Shown one piece after another: positions 18,381-29,084 of a stretch of 33,224 nt of DNA. This stretch comes from Minisyncoccota bacterium. GTDB taxonomy: Bacteria > Patescibacteriota > Minisyncoccia > Phycocordibacterales > UBA9973. The position numbers and the translations under genes were made by a program. The stretch is from positions 25,023 to 58,246 of the forward strand of contig JBBDZS010000023.1 in assembly GCA_040900015.1 (NCBI GenBank). Direction: 5' to 3'. The stretch's first letter is position 1; every line of letters begins with the position of its first letter. A model generated the notes under the pieces. The model ran no database searches, had not been told where the DNA came from, and was given only the letters and a program-made list of their open reading frames with translations.

Positions 18381-18701
18381 ATGTTAAAAATACGATTACA
18401 GAGAATAGGCAGAAAGAACGACCCGGCGTTTCGCGCTGTATTGACTGATTCTAGGAACAGCACAAAGAGCGGTAGATTTCTAGAAATATTAGGCACTTAT
18501 AATCCTAAAGCTAAGGAAAAGACAGAGGAGACTAATTTCAACACGGAGAGAATAAATCACTGGGTTAGCAAGGGAGCCAAACTGTCTGACACGATGCATA
18601 ATTTTCTTGTTTCTCAGGGCGTCATCAAAGGTAAGAAAATAAATGTTCTTCCGAAGAGAAAGCCGACGGTCAAGCGTAAGGAGTTGAAAGCTAAGAAATA
18701 A
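18381..18701 (+). CDS. rpsP: 30S ribosomal protein S16
   Basis: MLKIRLQRIGRKNDPAFR, GRFLEILGTYNP and W..KGA..SDT. Confidence 0.96.
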   Translation: MLKIRLQRIGRKNDPAFRAVLTDSRNSTKSGRFLEILGTYNPKAKEKTEETNFNTERINHWVSKGAKLSDTMHNFLVSQGVIKGKKINVLPKRKPTVKRKELKAKK

Positions 18702-18786
18702 TTTTGTATACTGAAAGCAGGTAGAAATTATAGTGAATAGTCAGCACTATTAAAATTTATTAAGAAAAGTAATTCAGAAAAACAAT

Positions 18787-19176
18787 ATGGAATCAGAAGC
18801 AGATAAGATATTTCTAGAATATGTAGTCAAGGCTCTCGTAGACAATCCCAACGATGTAAAGATCGAGCGTACTGTGGACGAAATGGGTGTGCTCATTACT
18901 CTTACTGTAAATCCTGCCGATATGGGTAAAATAATCGGACGAATGGGCAATACTGCGAAGGCTATTCGTACACTGCTCCGCATTATCGGAATGAAGAATA
19001 ATGCTCGCGTTAATTTGAAAATCAACGAACCAGAAGGCGGTACAGGAGGTATGAGGCACGAGTCTCACGAATCGCACATCAGCCCGACTGGCAACAACAC
19101 CAACAGCGGTATGGGCAAGGCCCCAAGCACTCTTAAGTCTGTGGATGAGGCAATGGATGAACTGAAAGGAATTTAA
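18787..19176 (+). CDS. khpA: KH-domain RNA-binding protein KhpA/YlqC with C-terminal extension
   Basis: LVDNPNDV, DMGKIIGRMGNTAKAIRTLL; position directly after rpsP. Confidence 0.9.
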   Translation: MESEADKIFLEYVVKALVDNPNDVKIERTVDEMGVLITLTVNPADMGKIIGRMGNTAKAIRTLLRIIGMKNNARVNLKINEPEGGTGGMRHESHESHISPTGNNTNSGMGKAPSTLKSVDEAMDELKGI

Positions 19177-19180
19177 TTTA

Positions 19181-19206
19181 AAAAATCCCCCGAAAGGGGG
19201 ATTTTT
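19181..19206. terminator. Symmetric intrinsic terminator after khpA
   Basis: AAAAATCCCCC-GAAA-GGGGGATTTTT. Confidence 0.8.
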
Positions 19207-19221
19207 GATATAATGCCAAAA

Positions 19222-19881
19222 ATGCGTTTTCATATAATTACAATCTTTCCAGATATTTTCGATTCATATTTAAATGAGTCTATTGTAGGGCGAGCAATCA
19301 AGAATAAACATATCTCAATAAAATTTTACAATCCTCGTGATTTTATTAAGGCACCCAAAAATAATTATCGGCCGGTGGACGACCGTCCTTACGGCGGCGG
19401 TCCGGGAATGGTTATGCGCGCGGAGCCCGTAGTCCACGCAGTAGCGAAGGCCCTGAGCACAGTGAAGGGCAAGAATAAGAAAATCAAAATAATAAATTTT
19501 TCGCCATCTGGTAAAAAATTTATAACTGACTATGCCAAAAATTCTGTGAAAAAATACACCGATATTATTTTAATTTGTGGTCGTTACGAAGGTGTAGACG
19601 CTAGAGTAAAGAAAATTTTTAAAGCAGAGGATGTTTCTGTAGGAGATTATGTCCTTACTGGAGGCGAGCTACCAGCTATGATCTTGATAGACAGTATTTC
19701 CCGTCAGATAAAAGGTGTGCTAGGTAAATATGAGTCGTTGGAAGAAGAAAGAGTTTCAACTGGGGAGGTTTATACCCGCCCAGAAATTCTTAAATATAAG
19801 AATAAAAATTACAAAGTTCCGAAAGTACTGCTTTCAGGCGACCATAAAAAGATAGAAGAATGGAAGAAAAACAATAAATAA
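19222..19881 (+). CDS. trmD: tRNA (guanine37-N1)-methyltransferase
   Basis: FHIITIFP, VDDRPYGGGPGMVM, CGRYEGVDAR, SVGDYVLTGGE and VP.VLLSGDH. ATG 19222 preferred over 19213 because TGaTATAAT occupies 19206-19214. Confidence 0.95.
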   Translation: MRFHIITIFPDIFDSYLNESIVGRAIKNKHISIKFYNPRDFIKAPKNNYRPVDDRPYGGGPGMVMRAEPVVHAVAKALSTVKGKNKKIKIINFSPSGKKFITDYAKNSVKKYTDIILICGRYEGVDARVKKIFKAEDVSVGDYVLTGGELPAMILIDSISRQIKGVLGKYESLEEERVSTGEVYTRPEILKYKNKNYKVPKVLLSGDHKKIEEWKKNNK

Positions 19882-19936
19882 GATAATTTTAAGAAACTTG
19901 GATTTCGAGGTATAATTATCAAAGGGAGGCGTTCTT

Positions 19937-20272
19937 ATGAATGAGCATCGGGATTTTCCGGACTCGAGCAATGCCAACGTGTTGATTTTTCGGCAAAGGA
20001 TCAGAGAGGCGGTGGAAAAAGTCGAGGAGCGGCTGCCCAACAGTATGCATTTTGGAATCTATTTCCAAACTGCTTTCTGCATCGAGGCAGTTCGATGGGT
20101 GCGGGACAACCTGAGTGATTATGCGATCAAAGAGAAAGTCATGGGCAAAGTCGATCAATCGATCGGCTGGAATGTGCTTACGCAGTCGGAGCGATCATCC
20201 TTGGTCGACGAGCTGCACGAAGCAGTCATCAAGTGCCGAGACGCATATCATTCCTTACCCGCAGGCAAGTGA
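19937..20272 (+). CDS. Hypothetical protein (111 aa)
   Basis: TATAAT at 19911-19916, strong SD GGGAGG at 19924-19929, downstream hairpin; no recognised motif. Confidence 0.6.
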   Translation: MNEHRDFPDSSNANVLIFRQRIREAVEKVEERLPNSMHFGIYFQTAFCIEAVRWVRDNLSDYAIKEKVMGKVDQSIGWNVLTQSERSSLVDELHEAVIKCRDAYHSLPAGK

Positions 20273-20300
20273 GTATCCTTAGGGTTTTAAAAAATCATCC

Positions 20301-20345
20301 GTCCGCCGGCAGTCGAACCGCAAAGTTCGCCCCGGCGGACTTTGT
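20301..20345 (+). terminator. GC-rich hairpin after the orphan ORF
   Basis: GTCCGCCGG..CGAAC-CGCAAA-GTTCG..CCGGCGGAC followed by TTTGT. Confidence 0.55.
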
Positions 20346-20365
20346 CTTGGGTAAATATTGCCCAT

Positions 20366-20394
20366 TTGACAATTATTACAAAAAAGAGTAAGCT
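20366..20394 (+). promoter_or_regulatory. Sigma70 promoter of rpoB
   Basis: TTGACA (20366-20371), 17 nt, TAAGCT (20389-20394). Confidence 0.7.
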
Positions 20395-20466
20395 ATTATA
20401 GATTCATTGATTGAGTATCGGATGCAATCTCCTTATTAATAAGCCTTTAAAGGCGTTTTTTAATTT

Positions 20467-23400
20467 ATGCATACGATAAAAGCTCGTCCCAAGAAGTATT
20501 TTTCTAGGTATAAGAAACCGCTAGCCCCGTTTCCGAATCTGATAGAAGCTCAGGTTAAGAGCTTCAAATGGATGGCGGAAAAAGGCATCAGCGAGGTCTT
20601 CAAAGAATTTTCTCCGATTCAGGATTATTCCGGGAAGAAATTTCAGCTCGAGTTCACATCTTTTTCTCTTGGGGAATCTAAGACCAGCGAGAATGATTCT
20701 AAAGTCAACAAGCTCTCTTACCAAGGGCTTTTGAAGGCACGAGTAAAACTCACAAACAAGATATTGGGTACAGTTAAGGAGCAGGAAATATTTATGTCTG
20801 AGCTTCCTTTGATGACACCTCATGGTACTTTCATAATAAACGGAGTAGAGCGGGTGATAGTTCCCCAGCTTGCTCGCAGCTTCGGAGTATTCTTTACAGA
20901 CTCAGAAATTAAAGGTAAGCGATTTTTTGGGGCGAAGATAATCCCGGCTCGAGGTGTTTGGATCGAAGTTGAGTCTGATCCAGACGGAGCCATATACATA
21001 AGAATAGATAAGAAACGAAAATTCCCAGCTACAGCGCTACTTCGCGCAATGGGTTATGAGACCAACGAAATGATGCTAAGTGCAGTCAGTAAAAATCCCA
21101 AGGCAGAGGAGGCATTGAACATTTGCTTGGCCAAAGATTCAGCAAAGACTCAAAATGATGCATACATCGATATATACAAAAGACTTCGTGATGGAGATAT
21201 GGCTACCGCAGAGAATGCTAAAGAATTTATAAACTCCCTTTTCACTAGTGAGCGATATGATCTTTCGCCAGTTGGGCGCTTTAGGTTCAACCAGCGCTTT
21301 GGTAAGCCTATGGATGGAGGAGAGATGGGTCGTCGAACTATTTCTAAGGAGGACTTAATGACGGTCATCACTCACATCATTGCCTTAAATGGTACTCCCG
21401 GAGCGCAGTCTGACGACATAGACCACTTGGGTCAAAGGCGTGTACGGTTCGTCGGCGAGATTCTGCAGCAAAAGATCCGCACGGGTATGATGCAAATCAA
21501 AAGAAATATTCAGGACCGTATGTCCATCATCGATGTGGACACAGCGATGCCGATTCAGATCATTAACCAAAGACCACTCCAAGCGCGCATTAAGGAATTT
21601 TTTACGACCAACCAGCTGTCTCAATTTATGGCGCAGGAAAATGTGCTGTATGAGATGGAGCACTTACGCACTCTCTCCGCACTCGGACCAGGCGGGCTCA
21701 CCCGTGAGCGAGCAGGACTCGAAGTTCGAGATGTGCACCCTTCCCACTATGGACGAGTATGTCCTATCCATACGCCTGAAGGTCCGAACATCGGTCTTAT
21801 TTTGCACTTATCCACTTATGCTAAGATCAACGAATTCGGAATAATCGAGACTCCTTATATCAAAGTAAAAAACGGTAAGATAACCAATGAAATGGTTTAT
21901 TTGAATGCACTCGAGGAGGAAAAATATAACATAGCCCATGCAGGCATCCCGTATGACGAGGATGGTAAGATAACCGAACCGAAAGTCGCAGCAAGAGTCA
22001 AGACCGAACCGGGAACAATAGCTCGAGAAGAAGTGGATTTCATAGATGTCGCTGCAAATCAAGCATTCTCATTGGCTACTTCTATGATTCCTTTTCTCGA
22101 GCATAACGATGCTAACCGAGCACTGATGGGATCAAATATGCAGAAGCAAGCAGTGCCTTGCGTATTACCCGAAGCTCCTTTGGTGGCAACAGGCATAGAA
22201 GAGCTCGCATCCCGTGATTCCGGACGCTTGGTGATTGCTGAAGAAGACGGTGTGGTGTCTTATGTGGATGCGAAAAAAGTAGTAGTTTCCGGAAAGAGCG
22301 AAAAGACCTACACGCTTGTAAATTTTCTCCGCAACAACAACTTTTCGACCTTTCATCAGCGCGGAGCAGTAAATGTCGGACAGAAGGTTAAGAAAGGCGA
22401 TGTGCTTGCGGATACTTCGAGTACCGTGGGTGGACAGATCTCAATCGGGCAGAATATATTTATTGCTTTCTTGTCATGGTCCGGAGCAAACTACGAAGAC
22501 GCAATCATTGTATCTGAAAGACTAGTAAAGAAAAGTAAATTTACATCGGTGTATGTAGAAGAGTTCGTCTGCACTGTTCGCGATACCAAACTCGGACCCG
22601 AAATTACCACACGCGATATTCCTAATGTTGGTGAACTCAAGTTAAAAGATTTAGATGAAGACGGCATAGTACGCATCGGTGCTGAAGTCAGAGAAAATGA
22701 TATCCTTGTGGGTAAAATAACTCCAAAGGGCGAGACAGAGCTCACGCCTGAAGAAAGATTGCTTCGTTCTATTTTCGCTGAGAAGGCTCGCGATGTAAAA
22801 GACACCTCGCTCCGAATGGAGCACGGTAAGCGCGGAAGAATCATAGGAGTTAAAATTTTCTCTCGCGATTTGGGTCATTCGCTCGAAGCGGGTATCATCA
22901 AGAAGATTGTGATAGAAGTAGCTCAGATCAGAAATATATCTGTCGGGGACAAGCTCTCTGGACGCCATGGAAACAAGGGAGTCATCTCTACGATTTTGCC
23001 GGAAGAAGATATGCCTTACACTGCAGATGGAACTCCAATAGATATTATTCTTTCTCCGCTAGGTGTGCCTTCTCGTATGAATCTAGGTCAAATTCTCGAG
23101 ATGCACCTAGGTATGGCCGCTAATTCTCTGGGGTATCAGGCCATCGTGCCGCCATTTTTGGGTGCTAAGCATGACGAAATCAGAGAAGAATTAAAGAAAG
23201 CCGGATTGCCGGAAACTGGCAAGCTAAAGCTCTACGATGGGCGTACAGGAGAGCCTTTCGAGCAAGATGTGGCGGTGGGTTATATGTACATGCTCAAATT
23301 ACACCACATGGTGGAAGACAAAATTCATATGCGTTCTATCGGACCCTACTCGCTCATCACTCAACAGCCTCTCGGTGGTAAAGCCCAAGGTGGCGGGCAG

Positions 23401-23652
23401 AGATTCGGAGAAATGGAAGTCTGGGCTTTGGAAGGATACGGCGCAGCCTATACTCTTCGGGAAATGTTGACCATCAAGTCAGACGATATAAGTGGCCGAT
23501 CTGCGACATTCGATTCGATTATTAAAAACGAAATTATTAGACCGCCTAACTCTCCGGCCTCCTTTAATGTCCTCTTGAATTATTTGCGTGGACTGGCCTT
23601 GGATGTGAATTTGAAAAAATCAGGCGACAGAGGTTTAGAGACAGATAATTAA
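20467..23652 (+). CDS. rpoB: RNA polymerase beta subunit
   Basis: FIINGVERV, DDIDHLG, HYGRVCPIHTPEGPNIGL, RALMGSNMQKQ, GDKLSGRHGNKG and GGQRFGEME. Confidence 0.98.
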   Translation: MHTIKARPKKYFSRYKKPLAPFPNLIEAQVKSFKWMAEKGISEVFKEFSPIQDYSGKKFQLEFTSFSLGESKTSENDSKVNKLSYQGLLKARVKLTNKILGTVKEQEIFMSELPLMTPHGTFIINGVERVIVPQLARSFGVFFTDSEIKGKRFFGAKIIPARGVWIEVESDPDGAIYIRIDKKRKFPATALLRAMGYETNEMMLSAVSKNPKAEEALNICLAKDSAKTQNDAYIDIYKRLRDGDMATAENAKEFINSLFTSERYDLSPVGRFRFNQRFGKPMDGGEMGRRTISKEDLMTVITHIIALNGTPGAQSDDIDHLGQRRVRFVGEILQQKIRTGMMQIKRNIQDRMSIIDVDTAMPIQIINQRPLQARIKEFFTTNQLSQFMAQENVLYEMEHLRTLSALGPGGLTRERAGLEVRDVHPSHYGRVCPIHTPEGPNIGLILHLSTYAKINEFGIIETPYIKVKNGKITNEMVYLNALEEEKYNIAHAGIPYDEDGKITEPKVAARVKTEPGTIAREEVDFIDVAANQAFSLATSMIPFLEHNDANRALMGSNMQKQAVPCVLPEAPLVATGIEELASRDSGRLVIAEEDGVVSYVDAKKVVVSGKSEKTYTLVNFLRNNNFSTFHQRGAVNVGQKVKKGDVLADTSSTVGGQISIGQNIFIAFLSWSGANYEDAIIVSERLVKKSKFTSVYVEEFVCTVRDTKLGPEITTRDIPNVGELKLKDLDEDGIVRIGAEVRENDILVGKITPKGETELTPEERLLRSIFAEKARDVKDTSLRMEHGKRGRIIGVKIFSRDLGHSLEAGIIKKIVIEVAQIRNISVGDKLSGRHGNKGVISTILPEEDMPYTADGTPIDIILSPLGVPSRMNLGQILEMHLGMAANSLGYQAIVPPFLGAKHDEIREELKKAGLPETGKLKLYDGRTGEPFEQDVAVGYMYMLKLHHMVEDKIHMRSIGPYSLITQQPLGGKAQGGGQRFGEMEVWALEGYGAAYTLREMLTIKSDDISGRSATFDSIIKNEIIRPPNSPASFNVLLNYLRGLALDVNLKKSGDRGLETDN

Positions 23653-23669
23653 AAAATAAAAATAATAAT

Positions 23670-26600
23670 ATGAAAACTCTAAATACAACTGAATTTGATC
23701 ACATCACGCTTAGGCTGGCGAGTCCGGAGCAAATAAAAGAATGGTCCTTCGGAGAAGTGACCAAGCCTGAGACGATAAACTACCGTACCGGACGAAGCGA
23801 GCGAGGAGGTCTTTTCGACGAGAAGATATTCGGGCCGGAAAAGGATTACGAATGTTACTGCGGAAAGTACCGCCGCATCCGTTATAAGGACATTATCTGC
23901 GAAAAGTGCGGAGTCGAAGTTACTCGATCGATCGTTCGTCGGGAACGCATGGGGCATATCGAGCTTTCCACACCTGTATCCCACATCTGGTTTCTAAGAG
24001 GTGTTCCGTCTCGAATGAGCATACTCCTAAACATTTCCGTATCTGATCTGGAGAAGGTCATTTATTTTGCTGGTTATATAATTACGAAAGTTCACGAAGA
24101 TGAGAAGAAGACTGTCGTCGAAAATTTGGATAGGGAATACAAGGCGAAGTTGAAAAATTCTGCCGACGATGAAACTCGTGAAAAGCTAAAGTCCCTACTT
24201 TCGATCACCAAAAAAGAAATAGGTGAAATTTACGAAGGCAAGGTGCTAAATGAAATTTCATTCCACCACTATTCTCTGAAATACGGGACTTGCTTTGAGG
24301 CAAACATAGGCGCGGAAGCTATCTATTCAATTTTCAAGAATCTAGATTTGAACAAACTGAAAACCCACACCGAAACGATGATAGAGAAGGCGAGCGTCGT
24401 TGAAAAAGAAAAATTACAAAAACGGCTTTCTCTTATCCGGGCGATGACTTATGCAGATATTCGTCCAGAATGGATGTTCTTGACGGTAATTCCTGTGATT
24501 CCTCCTGTGCTTCGGCCTATGGTGGCGCTCGATGGTGGCCGTCATGCTACTTCGGACTTAAACGACCTTTATCGTCGGGTGATAAACCGAAACAACCGTT
24601 TGAAGAAACTGAAGGAAATCAATGCTCCAGATGTAATTTTGCGTAACGAAAAAAGAATTATTCAGGAGGCTGTAGACGCACTTATAGACAATTCTATCGC
24701 CAAACAAAACGACGGCGCTGCTATGAGTCAATCTCAGAAGCGACCCCTAAAATCTCTTTCTGACAACCTAAAATCCAAGCAAGGTCTTTTCCGCCAGAAC
24801 CTGCTCGGTAAGCGCGTAGACTATTCTGGCCGATCTGTGATCGTCGTCGGTCCACAGCTGAAATTGAATCAGTGTGGACTGCCGAAACATATGGCGCTGG
24901 AGCTATTTCGCCCCTTTGTCATTTCCAAGATACTTCAAGCTGAACTTGCTTTCAACATCCGAGGGGCCAATAAATTGATCGAGGAGCGAACCAGCGAAGT
25001 GTGGGCGATGCTTGAAGAGGTGATAGCTGGCAAGTATGTGCTCCTAAACCGTGCGCCTACCCTGCACCGTCTCGGTATTCAGGCTTTCAACCCTATACTT
25101 ATCGAAGGCAATGCGATTCAAGTGCATCCGCTTGTCTGTCAGGCTTTCAACGCTGACTTCGATGGTGACCAAATGGCAGTATATGTTCCTTTACTTGAGG
25201 AGGCACAGTGGGAAGCTAAGGAATTAATGGCGGCTAATAAGAATTTACTCAAGCCTCAAAACGGTGACCCGATCGTGCATCCATCCAAGGATATGGTGCT
25301 TGGAAGCTATTGGATGACTAAGAATTCTGACGGAGAGGCGGGCGAAGGAAAATATTTTTCCAGCCCAAACACAGCGATAACCGCTTATGAGTATGGCGTT
25401 GTTTCTCTTCGTGCTAAAATAAAAGTACTCGCGACAGATACTCCAAAATATAAGAAATTCGACGGAGGGATTTTCGACACTTCGGTCGGCAAATTGCTTT
25501 TCAATAGCATTCTTCCGAACGACTTCTCTTATATAAACGATGAGATGACCCAAAAGCGTATTTCTGCGCTAGTAGACGAGCTCATAATGCACTACGGAGT
25601 AGATGCTACACCACCAATACTAGACAAAATAAAAGCTTTCGGATTCAAATACTCCACGGTTTCTGGCACCACTTGGGGACTGGACAATGTTAAAGTGCCG
25701 GTAGACAAGCCAAATATAATTGCTAAAGGTAGGAAGCTCGAAGACGAGGTGGTCGCGCAGTGGCGGGATGGACTTCTTTCCGAAGATGAAAGATATCAGA
25801 AGATTATTGAAATTTGGACCCATGTCAAGAAAGATTTGGAAAAGATTCTTCCGATTACTCTAGATAAAAACGGTTCGACTTACGACTTGTTCACCTCAGG
25901 AGCACGAGGCACTATGACTTCCTTGGTGCAAATGACCGGAATGAAGGGCCTTATCCAAAACAACCAGGGTAAGACGCTCGAATTCCCAATCATACCTTCT
26001 TATCAGGAAGGTCTTTCACCGATCGAATATTTCGTCACCACGCACGGAGCCCGAAAAGGAGCATCGGATACTGCGCTTAACACAGCTAAGGCGGGATATT
26101 TGACGCGCCGACTCGTTGATGTCGCTCAGGATGTGGTCATTACTGAGGAGGATTGCGGTACCAAAGAAGGCAAAATGGTTTCCAAAGAAAATATCTCCGG
26201 AATCGAAATACCACTGTCAAAAAATATCCGTGGGCGCGTACTCGCAAGCGACTTGAAGAAAAAAGATGGGACCGTAGCTTACAAAAAAGGATTTTTGGTC
26301 ACCAAGGAGGATGCTTACGATATCGAGGGAGCTGGATTCGAAGAAGTGTTCGTGCGTTCTCCTCTTACTTGCAAGACTGTCCACGGGCTATGCCAGATGT
26401 GCTATGGGCTGGACCTCGGACGCAATCATTTGGTTGACTTAGGCGAAGCGGTAGGCATTATCGCAGCGCAGGCTATCGGTGAGCCGGGAACCCAGCTGAC
26501 ACTCCGCACATTCCACGCTGGAGGCGTGGCAGGTACGGACATCACCACTGGTCTGCCTCGTATTGAAGAAATCTTTGAAAGGAGAATTCCTAAGAACCCC

Positions 26601-27296
26601 GCCATTGTATCTGAAACAGACGGTGAAGTGATGGCGATAGAGGATAAGGATGGCAAAGAAAAAATAATCAAGGTGCTTTCGGACCTGTCTGCGCAGGCAG
26701 GCTCCAAAGAAGACGGCAAGAAAAACGAAATGGAGTATGTAGTCCAGTTCCGACGAACACCGATCGTGAAGGTCGGAGACAAGGTAAAGAAAGGCGAACT
26801 TCTGACTGACGGTTCTGCGGATATTGCCGAGATATTCAAATTTGGTAGCAAGGAAATGGTAGAGGAATATATTATCCGAGAAATCAACAAAGTGTACGAA
26901 TTACAGAGTGCTTCGATTTCTCGAAAACATACAGAAATAATAATTCGTCAGATGTTCTCTCGTCGCAAGATTAAGGATGCGGGTGAAACTAATTTCTCCG
27001 CCGGAGATATAGTCGAAAATACCGCTTTCATAGAAGAAAATGCCCGGGTGGCAGGATTGGGAGCTAAGGAGTCTAAAGCAGAAATAGTCGCTCTGGGAAT
27101 CACCGAAGTTTCTCTTCGCACTAAGAGCTGGCTTTCCGCAGCTTCATTCCAGAATACTAACCGTGTCTTGATTGAGAACGCTGTAAAGGGCGGAGTAGAT
27201 AATCTACGAGGACTAAAAGAGAATGTAATCATCGGCCGACTCATCCCAGCTGGAACTGGATTTAAGGCGAAAGTTAAAGAAGCTAAGGAGGAATAA
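23670..27296 (+). CDS. rpoC: RNA polymerase beta' subunit
   Basis: Zn-finger [47 protein letters not shown] and [17 protein letters not shown]. Confidence 0.98.
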   Translation: MKTLNTTEFDHITLRLASPEQIKEWSFGEVTKPETINYRTGRSERGGLFDEKIFGPEKDYECYCGKYRRIRYKDIICEKCGVEVTRSIVRRERMGHIELSTPVSHIWFLRGVPSRMSILLNISVSDLEKVIYFAGYIITKVHEDEKKTVVENLDREYKAKLKNSADDETREKLKSLLSITKKEIGEIYEGKVLNEISFHHYSLKYGTCFEANIGAEAIYSIFKNLDLNKLKTHTETMIEKASVVEKEKLQKRLSLIRAMTYADIRPEWMFLTVIPVIPPVLRPMVALDGGRHATSDLNDLYRRVINRNNRLKKLKEINAPDVILRNEKRIIQEAVDALIDNSIAKQNDGAAMSQSQKRPLKSLSDNLKSKQGLFRQNLLGKRVDYSGRSVIVVGPQLKLNQCGLPKHMALELFRPFVISKILQAELAFNIRGANKLIEERTSEVWAMLEEVIAGKYVLLNRAPTLHRLGIQAFNPILIEGNAIQVHPLVCQAFNADFDGDQMAVYVPLLEEAQWEAKELMAANKNLLKPQNGDPIVHPSKDMVLGSYWMTKNSDGEAGEGKYFSSPNTAITAYEYGVVSLRAKIKVLATDTPKYKKFDGGIFDTSVGKLLFNSILPNDFSYINDEMTQKRISALVDELIMHYGVDATPPILDKIKAFGFKYSTVSGTTWGLDNVKVPVDKPNIIAKGRKLEDEVVAQWRDGLLSEDERYQKIIEIWTHVKKDLEKILPITLDKNGSTYDLFTSGARGTMTSLVQMTGMKGLIQNNQGKTLEFPIIPSYQEGLSPIEYFVTTHGARKGASDTALNTAKAGYLTRRLVDVAQDVVITEEDCGTKEGKMVSKENISGIEIPLSKNIRGRVLASDLKKKDGTVAYKKGFLVTKEDAYDIEGAGFEEVFVRSPLTCKTVHGLCQMCYGLDLGRNHLVDLGEAVGIIAAQAIGEPGTQLTLRTFHAGGVAGTDITTGLPRIEEIFERRIPKNPAIVSETDGEVMAIEDKDGKEKIIKVLSDLSAQAGSKEDGKKNEMEYVVQFRRTPIVKVGDKVKKGELLTDGSADIAEIFKFGSKEMVEEYIIREINKVYELQSASISRKHTEIIIRQMFSRRKIKDAGETNFSAGDIVENTAFIEENARVAGLGAKESKAEIVALGITEVSLRTKSWLSAASFQNTNRVLIENAVKGGVDNLRGLKENVIIGRLIPAGTGFKAKVKEAKEE
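26684..26701. repeat. 18-nt GC-rich palindrome inside rpoC
   Basis: CCTGTCTGC|GCAGGCAGG, one mismatch; encodes (D)LSAQAG. Confidence 0.6.
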
Positions 27297-27302
27297 AAAC
27301 AT

Positions 27303-29084
27303 ATGAACTCTCCCGTTCAAAAAATTAAGGAGAGGCTTTCAATCGAAGAAGTGGTCTCTTCTTATGTAAAGTTGGAGAAAATGGGTCAGAACCTCAAGGC
27401 TCGTTGCCCGTTCCATAATGAGAAGACCCCTTCGTTCTTCCTTTCGCCTGCGCGGGGTAGCTATTATTGTTTTGGTTGTGGCGCAAAGGGCGACATATTT
27501 ACTTTCGTAGAAGAATTCGAGGGTCTAGATTTCAAAGGCGCTTTGAAGCTCCTAGCAGAGCGTGCTGGTGTGCCGCTTGAAGCATATACCAAAGAATCAA
27601 AAGAAGCTGAAAATGAAAAGGAAAAGCTATATAGGGCGATGGAAGAGGCGACTTTGTTCTTTGAGAAGAATTTGAAAGAGAATCAGGAAGTATTGGAATA
27701 TTTAAAGTTACGCGGATTAAATGAGAAAAGTATAGAAGATTTTAGGTTAGGTTTTGCTGTTTTAGATTGGCGCAAGCTATACGATTTCTTGAAGTCGAAA
27801 AATTTTACTGACTCTGAAATTGAAGGAGCAGGTTTGGCCAAAAAACCCGAGGATAGGAACAAGGCAATGTATGATAGGTTTCGTGGAAGAATAATGTTTC
27901 CGATTATGGATACGAGTGGCCGGGTGATAGCTTTCTCCGGGCGTATTTTCGAAGATGACGGTAAGAGCGCAAAATATTTGAACTCACCAGAGACGCCGAT
28001 TTTTAGTAAGCATGCAGTGCTTTATGGGATGGATAAAGCGAAAGAGTCCATTAGGAAGAATAATTTCTCGATATTGGTGGAAGGGCAGATGGATTTGGTT
28101 TTGTCTCATCAAGCAGGCTTCAAGAATACTGTTGCGACTTCGGGGACTGCTCTATCTGAATCTACCATTAATAAGGAGAACGCAGTCAGCAATCTTGGTC
28201 TGCTTCGCCGTCTTTCTGGAAATATTGTTCTGGCATTTGATGCGGACAAGGCGGGGATAAATGCCACTCTCCGCGCAGGCAAAATAGCCCTATCGCTCGG
28301 CATGGATGTAAAGGTTGCTGACCTTCCGGAAGAGACCGACCCTGCCGACCTTATTCAAAAGGAAGGAGGGGGGGCATGGAAGGAGGCAATCCGTGGATCG
28401 AAACATTTGATCGAATTTATGCTTTCCAAAATTATAAAACAGACAGGCGGCGAAGAGCGAAAACTGGGACGAGAAATTAAGGAAAAAATATTACCTTATG
28501 TGGATTCGCTCGGTAGTTCGATAGAACAGATGTATTTTTTGAAAAAGATCAGCGAGTCCTCCAGCATACCCTTAGATGCGCTTAAGGAAGATCTGAAAAA
28601 AGTGGAGCAGGAATTAAAGTACGAAAAGAAGGAAAATGCCAGCGGTGGAGCAGACTTGCTTACGATTAAAAGAAAGGATTATATTTTACGCAGATTACTA
28701 GGTATTGTGCTCTGGCAAGAAGGTAAAACCGAGAAAGACATAGACATCGAAGCAGTTTTGTCTTCATTGGCTGAGATATTAAACATCGAAAAGGGGGAAG
28801 TATTGCGGGGCGCAGAAGAGAACAAGAATGATTTGATATTCGAAGCCGAAGTTTTTTACGGAGAAGGCGTAGACCTAAAAAAAGATTTATCAGAAATGCT
28901 TGGGAACCTGGGCGAAGAATATTTGAAAGAAGGGCTCCTCCGGAAAATGATGGAATTACAAGTAGTTGAAGAAAAAGGAGATTCGGTCGAATCTTCCAGA
29001 ATCTTGAAAGAGATAAGTGAAATTAACAATAAAATACAAGAGATTAAAAACGGTCGCTTTTCCGCCAAAGGCGGATTAGCCTAG
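27303..29084 (+). CDS. dnaG: DNA primase
   Basis: CPFHNEKTPSF..CFGC, DRFRGRIMFPI, KYLNSPET, VEGQMD and FDADKAG. Confidence 0.96.
   Translation: MNSPVQKIKERLSIEEVVSSYVKLEKMGQNLKARCPFHNEKTPSFFLSPARGSYYCFGCGAKGDIFTFVEEFEGLDFKGALKLLAERAGVPLEAYTKESKEAENEKEKLYRAMEEATLFFEKNLKENQEVLEYLKLRGLNEKSIEDFRLGFAVLDWRKLYDFLKSKNFTDSEIEGAGLAKKPEDRNKAMYDRFRGRIMFPIMDTSGRVIAFSGRIFEDDGKSAKYLNSPETPIFSKHAVLYGMDKAKESIRKNNFSILVEGQMDLVLSHQAGFKNTVATSGTALSESTINKENAVSNLGLLRRLSGNIVLAFDADKAGINATLRAGKIALSLGMDVKVADLPEETDPADLIQKEGGGAWKEAIRGSKHLIEFMLSKIIKQTGGEERKLGREIKEKILPYVDSLGSSIEQMYFLKKISESSSIPLDALKEDLKKVEQELKYEKKENASGGADLLTIKRKDYILRRLLGIVLWQEGKTEKDIDIEAVLSSLAEILNIEKGEVLRGAEENKNDLIFEAEVFYGEGVDLKKDLSEMLGNLGEEYLKEGLLRKMMELQVVEEKGDSVESSRILKEISEINNKIQEIKNGRFSAKGGLA

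Noticed and set aside
20467-27296. Inteins or introns in rpoB and rpoC (gyrB and dnaG also checked)
   Set aside because: Frames are uninterrupted, lengths are normal or compact, and I saw no intein terminal or homing-endonuclease motifs.
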